Source of the DNA: Camelus dromedarius
Taxonomy: Eukaryota
Assembly: GCF_036321535.1 (NCBI RefSeq)
Contig: NC_087437.1
Location: 12,154,001-12,218,000 of the forward strand
Direction of reading: 5' to 3'
Length of the DNA: 64,000 bases
The translations under genes and the position numbers were made by a program. Shown in pieces: positions 50,991 through 64,000 of this stretch; position 1 is the stretch's first letter; each line of letters begins with the position of its first letter. The notes beneath the pieces are model-generated. The model was given only the letters and a program-made list of their open reading frames with translations. It was not told the origin of the DNA and did no database searches.

Positions 50991-51261
50991 TTGTTCATGG
51001 CAGCTCTGCCTCTCTTGGCACACCCTAGGTCTCTAGGCTGCTTCCTGATCTTCAAAACTATTTTACTTGTTTGATGTATTTTTCTTGCTACTGATGCTTG
51101 AGAGGAAAGTAAAGGGCTGGTCATGTCTGTGGACAAATGAGAAAAGACAGACTAGGGAAAAAGAAAGATTGCCCCCAGGTCTCAGTTAACAGGGGGTTGC
51201 TTTTACTCCTTCTTCTGACCTCTGGTCTAATGTTCCTTCTCTTTGTCTCCACATCTCAACC

Positions 51262-51441
51262 CAAGTGGTTCCCAAACTTGGCTTATTTCAATCACCTAAA
51301 GGTCTTTGAAAAAGACCAAGGCCTGGCTTTGAAAAATATGGATACCTGTGTAGACATTCTGATTGACTTGGTATAAAATGCATTGAAATTTTCAAAGCTC
51401 TGCAGGTGATTCCAAGATGGAACAGAGTTTGGGAACCACTG
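51262..51441. mobile_element. MER5-like hAT DNA transposon
   Basis: Terminal inverted repeats agtggttcccaaact ... agtttgggaaccact; internal 'aatcacct' and 'caggtgattcc'. Confidence 0.8.
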
Positions 51442-51481
51442 TCATAGCTGTTGAGATAGTAGGTTTGGGATTAGTATACAG

Positions 51482-51645
51482 CAGTGGTCCTTAAAGTAGA
51501 CCAGCGGCATCAGTACCGCTCAGGAACTTATTAGAAATGCAAATGTTTAGATTCCACACCAGGCCTATATATCAAAAACTCTGAGGGTGGAGTCCAGAAA
51601 TCTGTGTTTTAACAAGCCGTCCAAGTGGTTTTGATGCAAGCCAAC
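51482..51645. mobile_element. MER5A-like hAT DNA transposon
   Basis: 'cagtggtccttaaagt...gaacttattagaaatgcaaat...aaactctgagggtgg...aatctgtgttttaacaagcc' is a typical MER5A sequence. Confidence 0.85.
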
Positions 51646-54562
51646 CCCCTTGGCCATACTTCCTCCCAACAGGTTTATGGTGTGGAACATGGTGACCAGC
51701 TGTCTGCTATTTTTACTGAGGCCAGAGCTCAGGGGAAATATATTTAAACCCAAATGACAGTCCAAGGCATTCAGATTTGTATTGAAGATGGATTTCCTGG
51801 TAGTGTCGGTTGCCAACTGCAGGAATAAAAAACTGAGGGAGGATTTTGGAATCTTTCTGGGGGTGGCCAGATTACTGCCCCATCAAAAAGCAAAAAAAGG
51901 GAAAAAAAGAAATTGACCTCTGGAGAAAAATGAAAGCAGTAAGTACTGTCATCTGACTTCACTTTGGTCATTTGCAGGCTTTCCTTCCTGTGCTTTGAAG
52001 TCAATGGTGATGTCTTCTTTATGGGCACCTTTTATTTCCTCCTAAAAGTCTCAGTGCAGTTGAAATCTACATCTTCCCAAGACTTCCGTGCTGATGGCAG
52101 AAGGCGAGCGTTCACGGCCTGAGAAGGGAAGGGCTGTGTTGTGGACAGACGAGTGACTTCTCCCCTGCCTCTTTCCCATTACTGGGCTCCTTAATTGGCA
52201 TCATTTCCCTGCTACAGCAATTATTTTTTTTTCAACATGATAATTTTAAGTAACTCGGTAGATGAGCCAATTTCTCTAATGCCCTTTGTTGCGTGTTCAT
52301 TCAGTGTGGCTGGTTTTTGTCATATTTTTCAAGTATTTCCCTCTGGACTTCTATCAGTAGCTGCTTTGGATAGGTTTTTATTGGCTCTTATGTCAATGGT
52401 TTGTGAGAGAATTTAGAGTCCAGCATATTGGGGTAAGAGTGGCGTTAATGAGATATAATCATTTAAGCTGAGGGCTTGTGTGAAGCTCCAGGGCGGGGTG
52501 GGGGGAACATTCATGCAAGGCTGAATACCACTGGAGAGGTGGTGGAAAGAGTTGGGGGAAACTGTATCTAAATTTATTGAACAGATTCAAGGAAATCCAG
52601 CTGCTTGATACTGGTCATTAGTCGCCAATTCTAAGATGCTTAATAATATATGCAAAATATTCTCCTGTGATTTAGTGAAGTATTTTCTTTAGTTGTACAA
52701 TTTTCAACCAGACTTTGAGTTTTGACTTGGACATTATTTGCCTGCTTCATATGGTGAGGAACCTAAGTCTAAAAATGTAGTGAAAATGCTGAGTGAAGGA
52801 GGCAGAAAGGGAAGGGTGGGCGAGCGGGCAGCCTCACTGCTTTTACCTGGGCTGGTGGGTGTTTTACCTCCTAGTATCTCAAGATGACTAACCCATGGGT
52901 GGACCTTGCATGTTAATCATCTGGCAGCTGATGATCCTGAGAAGACAAATCTATTCGTAGACAAGATGTTGTTGAAAGAAAATAAGTCCTTCAGTAGGAA
53001 AATGGCTCAGTTACTATTTCATCAGCTAAGAAGTGATATGGGATAGTGGGATATGAAGTGATGTTTTATTTCAAGTTATCCAGAACCTCTTGGGTAAAGT
53101 CTTCCCCCAGCCTGTGGGATCGAAGCAGGAGAGACAGACGAGCCGCCGAGAGTCGGAGAGGAGTCTCAGTGCATTCCAGTAACCTTGCTTTATGAGTTGT
53201 TTCTTCCAGTTCTTTGTAGCGACTTGGCTAGAAGGGTGCACATGATTTGAAAGGCAGAGGAAGAGCCAACAGTTAGTGACAGTGCAGTGATATTTCTGTC
53301 CACCAGGTTTCCATATTTGTACCGTAAGTCAAAGAGCACCCAGAACAAGACAGCCCATGGCTTGAGAGGCAACACACTGAAACTTCGTGGAGATCAACCC
53401 AAGACCGTTTGGCGACCACCCTCAACAATTTAAAGCAGAGAAACTGAAAGAGAAGCTACAGATGAAAGAACAAGAAGAAGATAGGTTAAAATGGAAGTCT
53501 AGCCCATGCGTATCCCTAGGTAGTCAAAAAGGAAGAAGCCTGAACACATTTAGGGCATCGCATAAATGTTTTTGTGAGATAGTCATATGGCTTTAATGCG
53601 GGAAGGGAGGTAAATGAATTTCACTAAAATTGCATATGAAAATAATCTGCCGTCAAAAATGCATTCCAACTCTGCATGGAAAGCAAGTTACTTAATGGAG
53701 GGCAGTGCCACCAGTAAAGCCACAGCACACTCCTGGCCACCCTCCAGCCAAGCCCTGCTCCAGGGGCACTCACCTCCTCACTGCGCCCCTGTTTTAGGCT
53801 CAGCTTCATGCCCAAGCTCAGGTCATAGAAGAGTCCCCTTGTAGGGAGTGTATTTTCCCCTCTTTATGCTCATCCACATCTTACCCCTACTCAGGAACGC
53901 ATGAAGTCTGAGCATGCGCTGCATGCGGACCCTGGGCTAACTCCAAAGAGGTGAGACAACAGTCCCCACTCCTGGGCTGCTCACAGCCCTTTGGTGATTC
54001 AGAAGTGGAAATAACCCATCCATGGTACCACGGAAGTATTGTCGATTTCTGTTGGTTTTACTTTCAATGAAGTGTAATATACAAGCAGAGTGAGTGGATC
54101 TGCGAGCTTTCACCAGGGGCAAGGGAGCAGTGTAGAGGGAGCACCTGAGTGGACCTGAGGACTCTGGGGAGGCTTCTCGCAGGAGATGAAGCTGGAGGTG
54201 AGACCTGAATAGCAAGTAATTATTTACAGGCAGATAAGGTAGGTAGGGGAAGAGAGGCTGGGGATTCTAGGGCAGAAATCCTTCCAGCCACCCTCTTCCA
54301 AAAAATGTCCATAACTACTCCAGCTCTCACTGATCAACCTCTTTTAATCACAACTAGTTACCCAAATTAAAGCACTTATCTTAAAAGTCAGAGCCCTCCA
54401 ATGTGCAATCTCCCAATCTCTCCCAGGCTTTTTTGTTTCTAGACACCAACTAGATGAAGTGAGGGTTGCAATCCTACCTGTGAACCTTGGATAAAGTGTT
54501 CTAAGCAATAGAGGTTCAGTTTCTTCCTCATAAGATATTATTGAGAAATGATGAACTTAGAT

Positions 54563-54775
54563 CAGAATTGGCAAACTATGCCTGTGTGGCAAACCCAGCC
54601 TGCCAAATGTTCTCCTGAATAAAGTTTTATTAGAACACAGCCACAGCCATGTATTTACACGTCATCTGTGGCTGATTTGGTGCCACATGGAAAAGTTACA
54701 GCAGAGACTATCTGGCCCATAAAGCTGAAAATATTTACTGTCTTGTTCCTGACAGAAACCATTTGCTGACCACTG
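54563..54775. mobile_element. MER58A-like hAT DNA transposon
   Basis: 'cagaattggcaaactatg...aataaagttttattagaacacagcca...aaagctgaaaatatttact...tttgctgaccactg'. Confidence 0.82.
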
Positions 54776-56134
54776 GGCTGTGCATTTAGCATGCATTTAT
54801 TATTACGGTGGTTGGTGTTGTTAGTCTGGATAAATCTAATTTTTCATGACTCTGTGAATGCCTCCTTTTTACATTTTTATCCTCCTCCTCAACACCAGCA
54901 CCCTACCCCTGCACCCAAGCACCCAACTTAAATTATAAATCCTCTTCATTTTATTAGGTTTATTGTTCAAGGAATTAAAGAAAAAAATGTTTCCCCTAAG
55001 ATATTTCCGATGCTACCACCCTGGGGTGTTCCCACCTTGCGTGGCTAGAATGTCAGCCCTATGTAAGCAGAGGCTGAGGTCCATTCACTGCTGGGACCTC
55101 TGTGCTTGGCTGTGTGTCTAGCCCAGAGGAGGCATGCAAGAATGACTCTCTGGAGGTGCCATGATTAGCTTGACATCATGAATGGACACAAAAAGAAAGA
55201 TGGTAGCAGAGCACATGGGCACTCCTCACACCCCTCGGCAGTTCAGCTGTCAGAAACTCTAAGGAAAACCTTCCTTACCCTGGTGACCTTTTCCACACCC
55301 TTGGCCAAGGTCAGTGTTGCCTGTCTAGCCTTGTTTCTTTCAGGGGAGACATCGACCTACTGCAGACAGTAGGTTTCTCATGTAGCATTGGGTAAAGGCG
55401 AGGGCTGGATTGCCAGGACAAGCTTTCAAAGAAAAAAATATTAATATAACAGAATATGAATGAGCTGAGTGAAGCATTCATTTATGTCTTGTAAAGAAAA
55501 GAAAAATTTAGTGGGAGAAAAGTTCATCTGAAAAATACCAAGATTAAGATGCATATGTATCATTGAATCAAATTATATCTTCTTAGATATTATTATACTA
55601 TTAACATTTTTCCATTACTGTCAGTTTTCCTTTAACTTTCTCATGAGTGTTTTCAGATTTTTTTTTAAAGCTTTCATTATGCAGTAGATGATGCCTAAAC
55701 ATTTGTGTAAAGATTTTATTAGTGTAAGTCAGTCTGCAGAAGGCCATCTGCGTTCTCTACTGCATTTTGGCCTTTGCTGTCTTTATTTCAGTTCTCCAGG
55801 GCTCAGTTCTCAGGGACAGATTTGAACCCCGTGCATCTCAGAAGAAGTTCTAGAGAGCTTGTCATACCTCTACCCAACATGGACTTTCCTCTGTTTGTAA
55901 GTGTAGTCCCCTGACTCTGACGTGCAGAAAAAGTGTGAGAAGACATCAGAGGCTACCAAGAAACTCTTTGCCTTATGGACCGCTTTGGCTCCTTAGTCCC
56001 CAGTCTGTATTCAGTTTAAAATATCATTTCTCGGTTTCATTGGCCTTTTTCCTACAGGAATTTCTGCTTTGCCTTTTTCACCCACAAAACATCCAGCTAC
56101 CCCTTCTAGGGGGTGAGAAATGACAGAAAGTGTT

Positions 56135-56590
56135 CTTTCATTCACTCATTCTTCCATCAAACACTTACCAAATACCTACCATGTGCCAGAGAATATACTG
56201 ACAATCAAAACAGACAACATTTCTGTTTTTACATTCTAAGGAATGGGAAATAAACCAGCAATAGTTGAATAACTAGCAAGTAAAGAAAGTAAATGATGGT
56301 GGGGGAGGGTATAGCTCAGTGGTAGGGTGCCATGCTTAGCATGCACAAGGTCCTGGATTCAACCCCAGAACCTCCATTGAAGAAAACAATAATAAAAATA
56401 AATAAATGAACTTAATCACCTCCCCCTGCAAAAAAAGCAAAAAAATGATGATAAGTAATATACAGAGAATTGACATGTGACAGTGCTTGACTGGAGGAAC
56501 CAGTCTAGGTGCCATTTAAGCTGTGATCCAGTTAGCAAGAAGGAGCCAGCCTTGCAAAGATCAGGGGGAAGAGTGATCTGCATACAAGAT
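56135..56590 (-). mobile_element. LINE-2 3' fragment (interrupted by a SINE)
   Basis: 'ttcattcactcattcttccatcaaacacttaccaaatacctaccatgtgccag' is the reverse-strand L2 3' end; resumes with 'gaaggagccagccttgcaaagatcaggggg'. Confidence 0.65.
56301..56442 (+). mobile_element. tRNA-derived SINE (vic-1-like)
   Basis: gggggagggtatagctcagtggtagg...gcttagcatgcacaaggtcctggattcaacccc plus A-rich tail. TSD aaatgatggt (56291-56300) / aaatgatgat (56443-56452). Confidence 0.92.
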
Positions 56591-57639
56591 TTAGCCGACG
56601 GGTGGGGTGTTCTTAGATTTTTATTTTTTTAATGTTTGAAAATAGATGATTTAGGAAAAGCAGAGAAAACTTAAACTCAAAATAATAAAGCCTGGAGGGT
56701 AGTCAGACATCTGATTCTTAAGAATACATGTATCTGCCAGTAGTTTGAGCAACCAAATTGTTTTATTTTCTTTTATATGTTTCTACTGGACAGAAGGAGT
56801 GGTATGAAACATAGCACATATGATCCGGCAGTGAAAGGTGACTGTTCTTTACTATCGTCTTTCTAATCCAACTGCAGTACCAGATAAGTTTAGAACAAAG
56901 TTAAATCTTTGAGATGGATTTCAAGGGGTCCATAGAAATTCTCATCCTGTGATTACTGTTCTGATTAAACAAAGAGATTCTGGTCACCACTCAGGATGTG
57001 TTGGAGAGGACAACACACAGGTCATTATATGCCAAGATGTAAGCCATCTCTCACAGGCTGGGAAGTGGAAGAACTAGAATCATTACCTTCGGGTTGAGAC
57101 TGAGTGTCATTCACCAGTCACAGACTCCCGCTGGCTCCTACCACCGCACCCAGAACTGAAGCACTGATCATGCGGTGGGTTCAGAAAGTCAGAAATACAG
57201 TTTAACATGCCTCACGTAGGACACATTTCAGAGGTAGTTGGAGGTGCTCATTGGCTTCGTTTGGCAGAAGCTCATCTCTAGAATTCCATGTCATTCAGGG
57301 AGTTTATTATTACAGTAGGTCTTAGGTCTGTGGGTCAGCGGAGGTCAAGTTTAACCAAAAGGTCATGGGGGTCTTTGCTGGCCGGAGGCTTCCCTTCATG
57401 GCACTTTTGGTCTCAGGAAAGATGTTCAATGATCAGTCCTGTAAATGTGCCTATGGGAACTCTATAAGCTTCCTGGGAACCACCATTAAAAGCAGAACAC
57501 GCACTTGAGAAAGAAAAAAGTTAAAAACATGCACAATGAAAGATGAAAACCGTCTTCCCTTGTTCTCATCCCCAGCCTTCACTACCTGTCATTTTCCATA
57601 AAAGCGTGTGTAATGGAAAATTTTTTTCTCATCTAGAAT

Positions 57640-58180
57640 GTAAATATATCTTTAGAAATCATAAAAACCATATATATATATAATATCATATACATGTCTT
57701 GTAGATTATATATGCTGTTTTGCAAATTACTTAGGTCATTTAAATATTTATCTTGGAGACCTTTCCACATTGCTACATATAAGCTAATTTCCATTTTCGT
57801 AAAGGCATTGTACTACTGTGTGTGGTTATTTCAAAGTGTATTTAACCAGTCTTTTATTGATAAACCTTTATTTTTATTTTATATTTTTCTGTGATATTCA
57901 ATCTGGCATATTCTTGGCATACCCTTTCGACTCTTTCTGTGGGATACTTTGCAGTAGGATTGCTCTATCAAAGTGTACATGCATTTTAAATTCTCAAAGT
58001 AAATTGCGAACAGCCTCTCAAAAAGATTTCACCAACATACATTCCCACCAGTAGTGTATGGGGGGGGGTCCCTCCTTCTCCATATCTTCTTCCATCCTGG
58101 ATGCTTTCATATGTTTATATTTTGGCTGTTCTGTTAGGTGAAAGCCTGGGTCTCTTCTTTTGATTTTCATCTCTTTCAAA
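57640..58180 (-). mobile_element. Ancient LINE-1 (L1M-type) 3' fragment
   Basis: 'agtaggattgct...catgcattttaaatt...caccaacatacattcccaccagtagtgtatg' are degenerate L1 motifs. Confidence 0.65.
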
Positions 58181-58204
58181 TAATTCAGTTAAAGGGTAAA
58201 CACT

Positions 58205-58760
58205 CAGAGGACAGGTAGGGGTATAAATTGGTGCAACCACTTTAGAAAACCGTTAGTGTCTGCTCAACCTGAACATGCACATAACTTTTCACCTGTTGGT
58301 TCTATGCCTTGGTGTAAACCTCATAAAAAGCACTAGCATATGTTCACGGAAACATGTGTAAGAAGCCGATACTAATATTATTCCCAATAGCTCACAACTG
58401 GAAAATACCCAAAGACCCATCACTACTGGAATGGAGACACAACAGTGGGGTGTCATACATCAACGGGAATGAACGAAGAACAAGTGCATGCAGCGATATG
58501 GATGAATCTTACATCTGTTGTAGTATGTGTTGTTGGATTCCAATGTGTAGGTACACAGATGCAAAGTTAATCTCCAATACTAGAAGTCCCCGGAGTAACT
58601 TCCCTGGGGGGATGGAGAGAAAGACTGTGAGGGAGCTTCTATTTGCTGGTCATGTGCTATTTCTTAATCTGAATGCTCATCACGTGTGTGTTTGGTAAAA
58701 ATTGCACTCAGAATTTGTGCAATTTTCTTGTAAGTAGGTATAGTTTAACAAAAACTTGAA
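58205..58760 (+). mobile_element. Ancient LINE-1 (L1M-type) 3' fragment
   Basis: 'gtataaattggtgcaaccactttagaaaac', 'aatagctcacaactggaaaatacccaaa' and 'atatggatgaatctta' are degenerate L1 motifs. Confidence 0.7.
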
Positions 58761-60579
58761 ATATATTGAAAATTCTTGTAAAGAAAAAGTCATTGTAATT
58801 TGAGCGTTTTACCTCGAAATGTAGAATATATTTATAATTATATTCTTTTTAGCGCTAGAGATTTTTATTTTGGTTCCCCACAGCCTGCACCACGTACAAG
58901 TATCCTGAGTCCCCACAGAGAATCTATGTGCAGCTGGACATTATTCCTCCCCTACCTAATGAGCTTTAGGATGTGCACCCAGGCTTCTCTGAGACCTACT
59001 GTAAAAGAAAAAAAAAAGAGAAAAAGACAATAAAAAGATAGTAAAACAAGTGCTTTGATAGCACTTTTAAAAAATTCATAACAGGTATAAAAAGAAATGA
59101 CAGCTGTTTAGTGTATACATGTGCAAAAAAATAAAACAAAACAATAAGATTCATGGTGCCATAAAGGATATCAGTCATATGTTTTGCCAAGTAAGACTGC
59201 GCTGCTTCTGATATAATGGTCTTGGTGCCTTCCTTAGCCTTTATCTTGTGAATAATGGATTCAGCTGTTTATAGACCTCCCTGCATTTGGAAGAAGATGA
59301 TTGCCAAATTTGCACTCTCCAGAAATCTCCCGCGTAGGTGGGGAAAGCAGCTTCTGTTATCTGCTTTGCAGTTGGAATCGTTTCCCGGCATTTTTACTTG
59401 TCAGTCTCTTTTTTCCCATAGGCCTAAATCATGAATGTACACTGGATGGTACAAGTGTTGCTGTTATAAAGCAAATCATACCCACTGCCTAATCAGTATC
59501 ATGAATAGATACCTTCTTTTCCATGCACTATGAATTTTAACAGAAGAGGAAAATTAACGCATGCATTGCCCAGGTAGAGAAATCCATTGTAATGTAAATG
59601 TAACCCCCAGGTCAATTGCACAGTAATACGTGGTCGTACAGCTATTACTAATCCCAGCAGGAAAGCCTCACTGCTCAGTTACACGGTTCACAGTATGCGC
59701 TCCAGGATGACAGCAGTGGAAAGGTAACCAACAACGTGTGAGAGTGAGTCCTTGTGACCCACGTCGGAACAGGTTGGTTCCCACGAACTGGGAATGCATT
59801 ACAAAGGAGAGACTATTCGTGATGGTCTGCATTTTATCAGATCTAAACCCCATCTGAGATTCCTACGGGATTTATAGTTGTGATGTTTCAAAGGATGGTT
59901 TCTCTGAAGGACAAATGCATAGTAATGTACCACCATGTAGAAATCCACTGTTCCATATAAGTACATTTTCCTGCTAACACAGCACATCCCTTAGGTAGCA
60001 AGATTTTTTTTTTTTTCGAGGTGGACCATGCCAGTTGGAAAATATTCACAGGCATACTATAACCCTCTTCTGCTTTCTTAAATAGAACTTAGGGAATGTG
60101 ACTTAACTTTTTGATAAACTTAGTCATCACCATAAACATCAGCTATTGAAAGGAGCAATTACACTGTGATTTCCTCAAAGGCTTTAAGGATTAGTGGGGG
60201 TATAGCCCTACATCAAACAGGCCCAGATTGCATTTTTTTTTTAAACCTGATTTGTGTGTTCCTTTGCCTCATCCTTTGCCATCAATTATCAGCTGCCAGT
60301 TCTTGCTTCTAATAGTCATCTTCTTTGTGGATACATCTTTTCTCTTGTTTTCTTTTTCTAGTCTAATCTGAACTGGAAGAACATCTAACTAGGCCCTTTC
60401 ATGCCATGTATGAGGTATGGGGAGGTTCCAAGTAAAGGCCTGGCACTGTCTTCTACAAATAAATACAGGTGACATGCTGAGATTGGTTCCTAACACCTCA
60501 GGAAGACCTTAATAAATATTAGCTGTTAGCATTATTTTAGTACAATTATTAATGTAATTATTAAAAATCATGTGTATAT

Positions 60580-60980
60580 TTGTTAAGAATAAATTAAGCA
60601 GTGGGAACATATACACTCAAACATGAAACAGTTCGGTCATAGCAGAAGTTTATTTCTCACATACGGAAAAGCCCAGAATTGGCATGGGGGTCACCATGAT
60701 GCATCCTCTGATTTGAGTTTCTTCCCTTTCCTAGAGTCCCAATGTCATCTGCAATCACCAAGAGATAGAGGAAGAGATGCAAGCGTGATGGTGGGAAGTG
60801 TCACAGGGCAGATCAGAGGGTGCCACATAGCCCTTACACTCGCAATCCTATTGGCTAGAACTTGGTCATGTGGCCACACCTAACTGCAAAGGTGCCTGGG
60901 TAATGTAGTCCAATTCAGTGCCCAGGAAGCAAGAGGGATAGAATGGATTTTGATGAATGGATGCCAGTTTCTGCTACAAT
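60580..60980 (-). mobile_element. Old MaLR (MLT1-type) LTR
   Basis: 'gaagtttatttctcacat' and 'ctattggctagaacttggtcatgtggccacacctaactgcaaagg...ctgggtaatgtagtc' are characteristic of old MLT1 LTRs. Confidence 0.75.
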
Positions 60981-61319
60981 ATTGTTCTGTATTTTGTGAC
61001 ATTCATTTAGACAATTCTGAAGCCATTTTTTTCTTCTCTGTAGTTTTTACAATGTTCAGGTTGTATAACGTTTTAAAATTAAAGCCATGTATGAATTATC
61101 TTAATTTTTTTTTTTTACAATTAAGCACATTTTAAACTTACTTTGCTAAAACTGCTGTCACTTAACAATTAGTCTTACTAACTAATAGTTATTTACTTAG
61201 TAACTATTAGTCTTACTAGGTCATCAGCATTTCTGTATCTTCTTACTTACGCAAGTATTCTCTGCCGATTTCCAAGGGGTCTACCTCCCTACAAAATTCA
61301 TATGGAAGCAGAGAGATTC

Positions 61320-61550
61320 AGAGCAGAGATCTTGGACTTTGGAGTCATCCAGACCAAATTCTAGCCCTGCATTGACACATCAATGGTAGAATCTTGGTTA
61401 TTATGCTTAACCTTTTGAAGTTGGCATTTCTTCTGTAAATTGAGGGTGATAATAGCTCTAGAAGATAGTAAATTAACAATGATATAACATATGTTAATCA
61501 CCTACATCAGTGTTTGCCGAATGATAAGCATTCAACTGATAGGTATTGTA
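61320..61550 (+). mobile_element. MIR SINE
   Basis: 'tggactttggagtca...cttaacctttt...tttcttctgtaaattgagggtgataatag...ataagcattcaa'. Confidence 0.7.
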
Positions 61551-63692
61551 ACCTAACAATATTGTGATATTGAAATAGTACAGTAATTTATATTATGTAA
61601 AAGTATAGATGAGTATATTAGTAATATCATAAGGCTGCTGACATTTCTGTTGAGTATTGATTTGATTGAAGGTGTTAACCTAAACTGTGTTTGTTGAGTT
61701 GCAACAGCTGATACAGGATGGGTTTGTGTGATTCTTGGCTTGATTTCCTGGGGAGAATACAGTATTTGGAATATGTTCCACAGCATCTTTAGAAGAATCA
61801 GCAGTATTTGGAATTATGATCTGGGGAATCCAGCTTAAGTGTGATAATGGTGCATGGCAGGAACTGTGGTGAGCCGGTGAATGGAAGCCAAGTACAGAAA
61901 TTCTAAAATTAAGATGTCTTTTAAAACACTCTCCTGAAAAGCAACGTGTGTTTGAAAGCTGGACGGGCTGGTTATTACAATATTGTTTCTCAGGGTCAAG
62001 TCCATCCTTCTCTGCTTTGCATTGCTGCCCTGGGACTGTGCAGTCACATGGCCTCCCATCCAGCTGGATCCTGGTTTGCCTCCAAAAAGAGATGCTAGAG
62101 GGTGTCTGGGAGGGAGGACGAGGAAGGAGCAGCAGTTTGCTTCCCTTCCGTGGGAGCACCACCTCATCTGTACATCTTCACCCAGGCGGTGACAGTGGCT
62201 GACACTGATTCCAGGTTGTAGTTTTTCCAACACGCCCAGGACCAGTTTCAGCGCCACCAGCACCTGCCAGGCGGGGGTCTTCTCAGAGGCCTGGTCCCTC
62301 TTTGAGCCTTAAGCTGTGACGGTTCCCACCTTGTCTCTGTTTCCCGGCCTGTGAGTAAGAGCTGCTTCCTGTAATTCACTGCCTTCGGATACCTGTGTTC
62401 CCTTTTTGTCTTTTCAGGTCTCCAATAGCTGGTTAACAATTCTGGGCATTAAGTCCTGTCTGATAGTGTGTCTGTCTCCTGAGTGATTCAGAAATTCATG
62501 CCAGGAGCGGTCCCAGAAACAACCCCCTAAAATTGGGATGATTATGCTCATAAATTGACAGCTTAGCATGTCGAGGCTAAATATATGTCAACATGTCTTA
62601 CTCTAAGGTTGTTTCTATAGTTGCTGCTGCTGCTACCTAAAATAACATAAAACCCACGTGGCATTCTGGAGTTTTCCAAGGGCATTCATCTGGGTTACCT
62701 TATCTAATCCTTGCTTCATGTCTCTAAAAAGCTTTCCAACAGAAGAAACTCAACCTCTGAGATGCTTGAAATCACAGAGTTAGTAAGTAGGAGAACCAAA
62801 GACTCAAATTCAGATATTATGATTCTCTATACTATAGCTACCTTTTCGAAACGTTCTAAAAGAACCCATTGCTTCATTTAGAGCAAATTTTGTTTTAAAT
62901 ATTAAGACTTCTTCTAACAAGAGAATGAGTGCTGGTCGACATGGTGTAAAGGAAAGATAATCCAATAAATTGGCTTAATCATGTAGCTGCCACCTCAGAA
63001 AGCTGTAATTAAGTCTTATTCTGGAAGAGAAATAATTTGGGGCTTTTCTTATTTTAAAAGTTATTCAATTTCAAAAATCTCAGGAAGAAGGAGTATTTTG
63101 TATATTGTAACAGTTTAAACTGATCAAGCATTAGTAGGAAGAATCTGTACCTAATTCCCCAACTCAAATTGAATAATCTCAGCATCGCCCCAGGTATCAA
63201 AATATCTCATCCTTACTTCTCAGGGAAACAATGGGCGGCATTGTGTGAAGGACACAGACAACTCCACGTTCAAGTTTACTCGGACATAAATACAGTGCAC
63301 TTCACAAATGTGCGCAGATTATGTACATTTTTATGAGTTTGACAAAAAGGAAAACAGTGGGAATGGGGAGGTATTTCTAACATCTTGGCTCTTTCCAGCC
63401 TCTTGAGTCTTTCTAAAGCTTGGCAGGATTATTTTCATACCAGTTAAATACTTGTACGGCCCGGGCAGCAAGGAAGTCTAGAATTCCTAACAAATCCATC
63501 TTGTTTTCTCAGATGCAAGTAATCAATCCTAATACTGTTTTGATTTCATTTACTGAGACATAATTTTATAAAGCTTTTGGAGAAAAAGTAAGCTGTGTAA
63601 TTTTAGGAAGCGCTTCAATTATATTTGAGAGTCAAAACTGTATTTAATTTTAGTTGTTAATTACCAACAGCTCTTCTTCAGTTCTCTGCCAC

Positions 63693-64000
63693 CTTTTTAA
63701 AATAAAAATTGTGTATATTTAAGATGTACAACATGACTCTTTGATATACGCATACATAATGAAATGATTATTACAGTCGAGCTAATTAATGTCCTCATCT
63801 CCTCACACAGCTGTGCGTATGTGTGCTGAGAGACCTGAAATCTATCCTTATCAAATTTCCAGTATTCAATACAGTATTATTAACTGTAATCATCATGTTA
63901 CATGTTAGGTCTCATTCATCCTACAGAACTATAACTTTGTAGCCTTGACCAATATCTCTTCATTTGCCCCCTCTTCCCACCCCTGGTAATCACCATTCTA
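63693..64000 (-). mobile_element. LINE-1 (L1MA-type) 3' end, runs off window
   Basis: 'tgtatatttaagatgtacaacatga...aaatttccagtattcaatacagtattattaactgta...cccctggtaatcaccattcta' is a typical L1MA 3'UTR. Confidence 0.85.

Noticed and set aside
22961..56442. tRNA-like sequences with A and B boxes (22961, 25070, 28545, 35370, 56301) as tRNA genes
   Set aside because: They are diverged copies with a shared non-tRNA 3' part, A-rich tails and TSDs, so they are SINEs.
57640..58760. Opposed ancient L1 fragments as one twin-primed element
   Set aside because: The two pieces cover overlapping parts of L1 and no TSD is visible, so two insertions are more likely.
61680..62263. Overlapping 160-aa and 142-aa minus-strand ORFs
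   Set aside because: No recognisable domain, non-ATG starts and ORFs in several frames; consistent with chance in locally GC-richer sequence.
1..64000. CRISPR array, operon, prophage or other novel multi-gene system
   Set aside because: No regularly spaced repeat-spacer array, no gene-dense segment and no compositional island; the whole window reads as mammalian non-coding DNA.

Overview
This is mammalian genomic DNA: AT-rich, CpG-depleted and dense in transposon relics. It is probably camelid (alpaca, llama or camel), inferred from five copies of a tRNA-derived SINE resembling the camelid vic-1 family. I recognise no intact protein-coding gene. The only ORFs with identifiable homology are LINE-1 ORF1/ORF2 remnants. 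The window looks like intronic or 5'-regulatory sequence of a large gene, possibly on the + strand. It holds many L1 fragments of different ages (a nested cluster at ~33.3-40.6 kb), SINEs, MIR/L2 relics, MER5/MER58/MER103-like DNA transposons, MaLR/ERVL LTRs and a MER41-like solo LTR. Candidate functional sequence comprises a polypyrimidine tract plus small CpG island with splice donors (~23.7-24.5 kb), a second promoter/first-exon candidate (~46.3-46.6 kb), a 17-nt microexon candidate and two motif-dense enhancer candidates. The best-supported curiosities are mechanistic scars: a twin-primed L1 inversion, locally templated inverted insertions, a possible SINE 3' transduction, an unusually long TSD and nested insertions. 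I found no evidence of a new multi-gene system. Repeat subfamily names are from recalled consensus sequences, and boundaries of old repeats are approximate.
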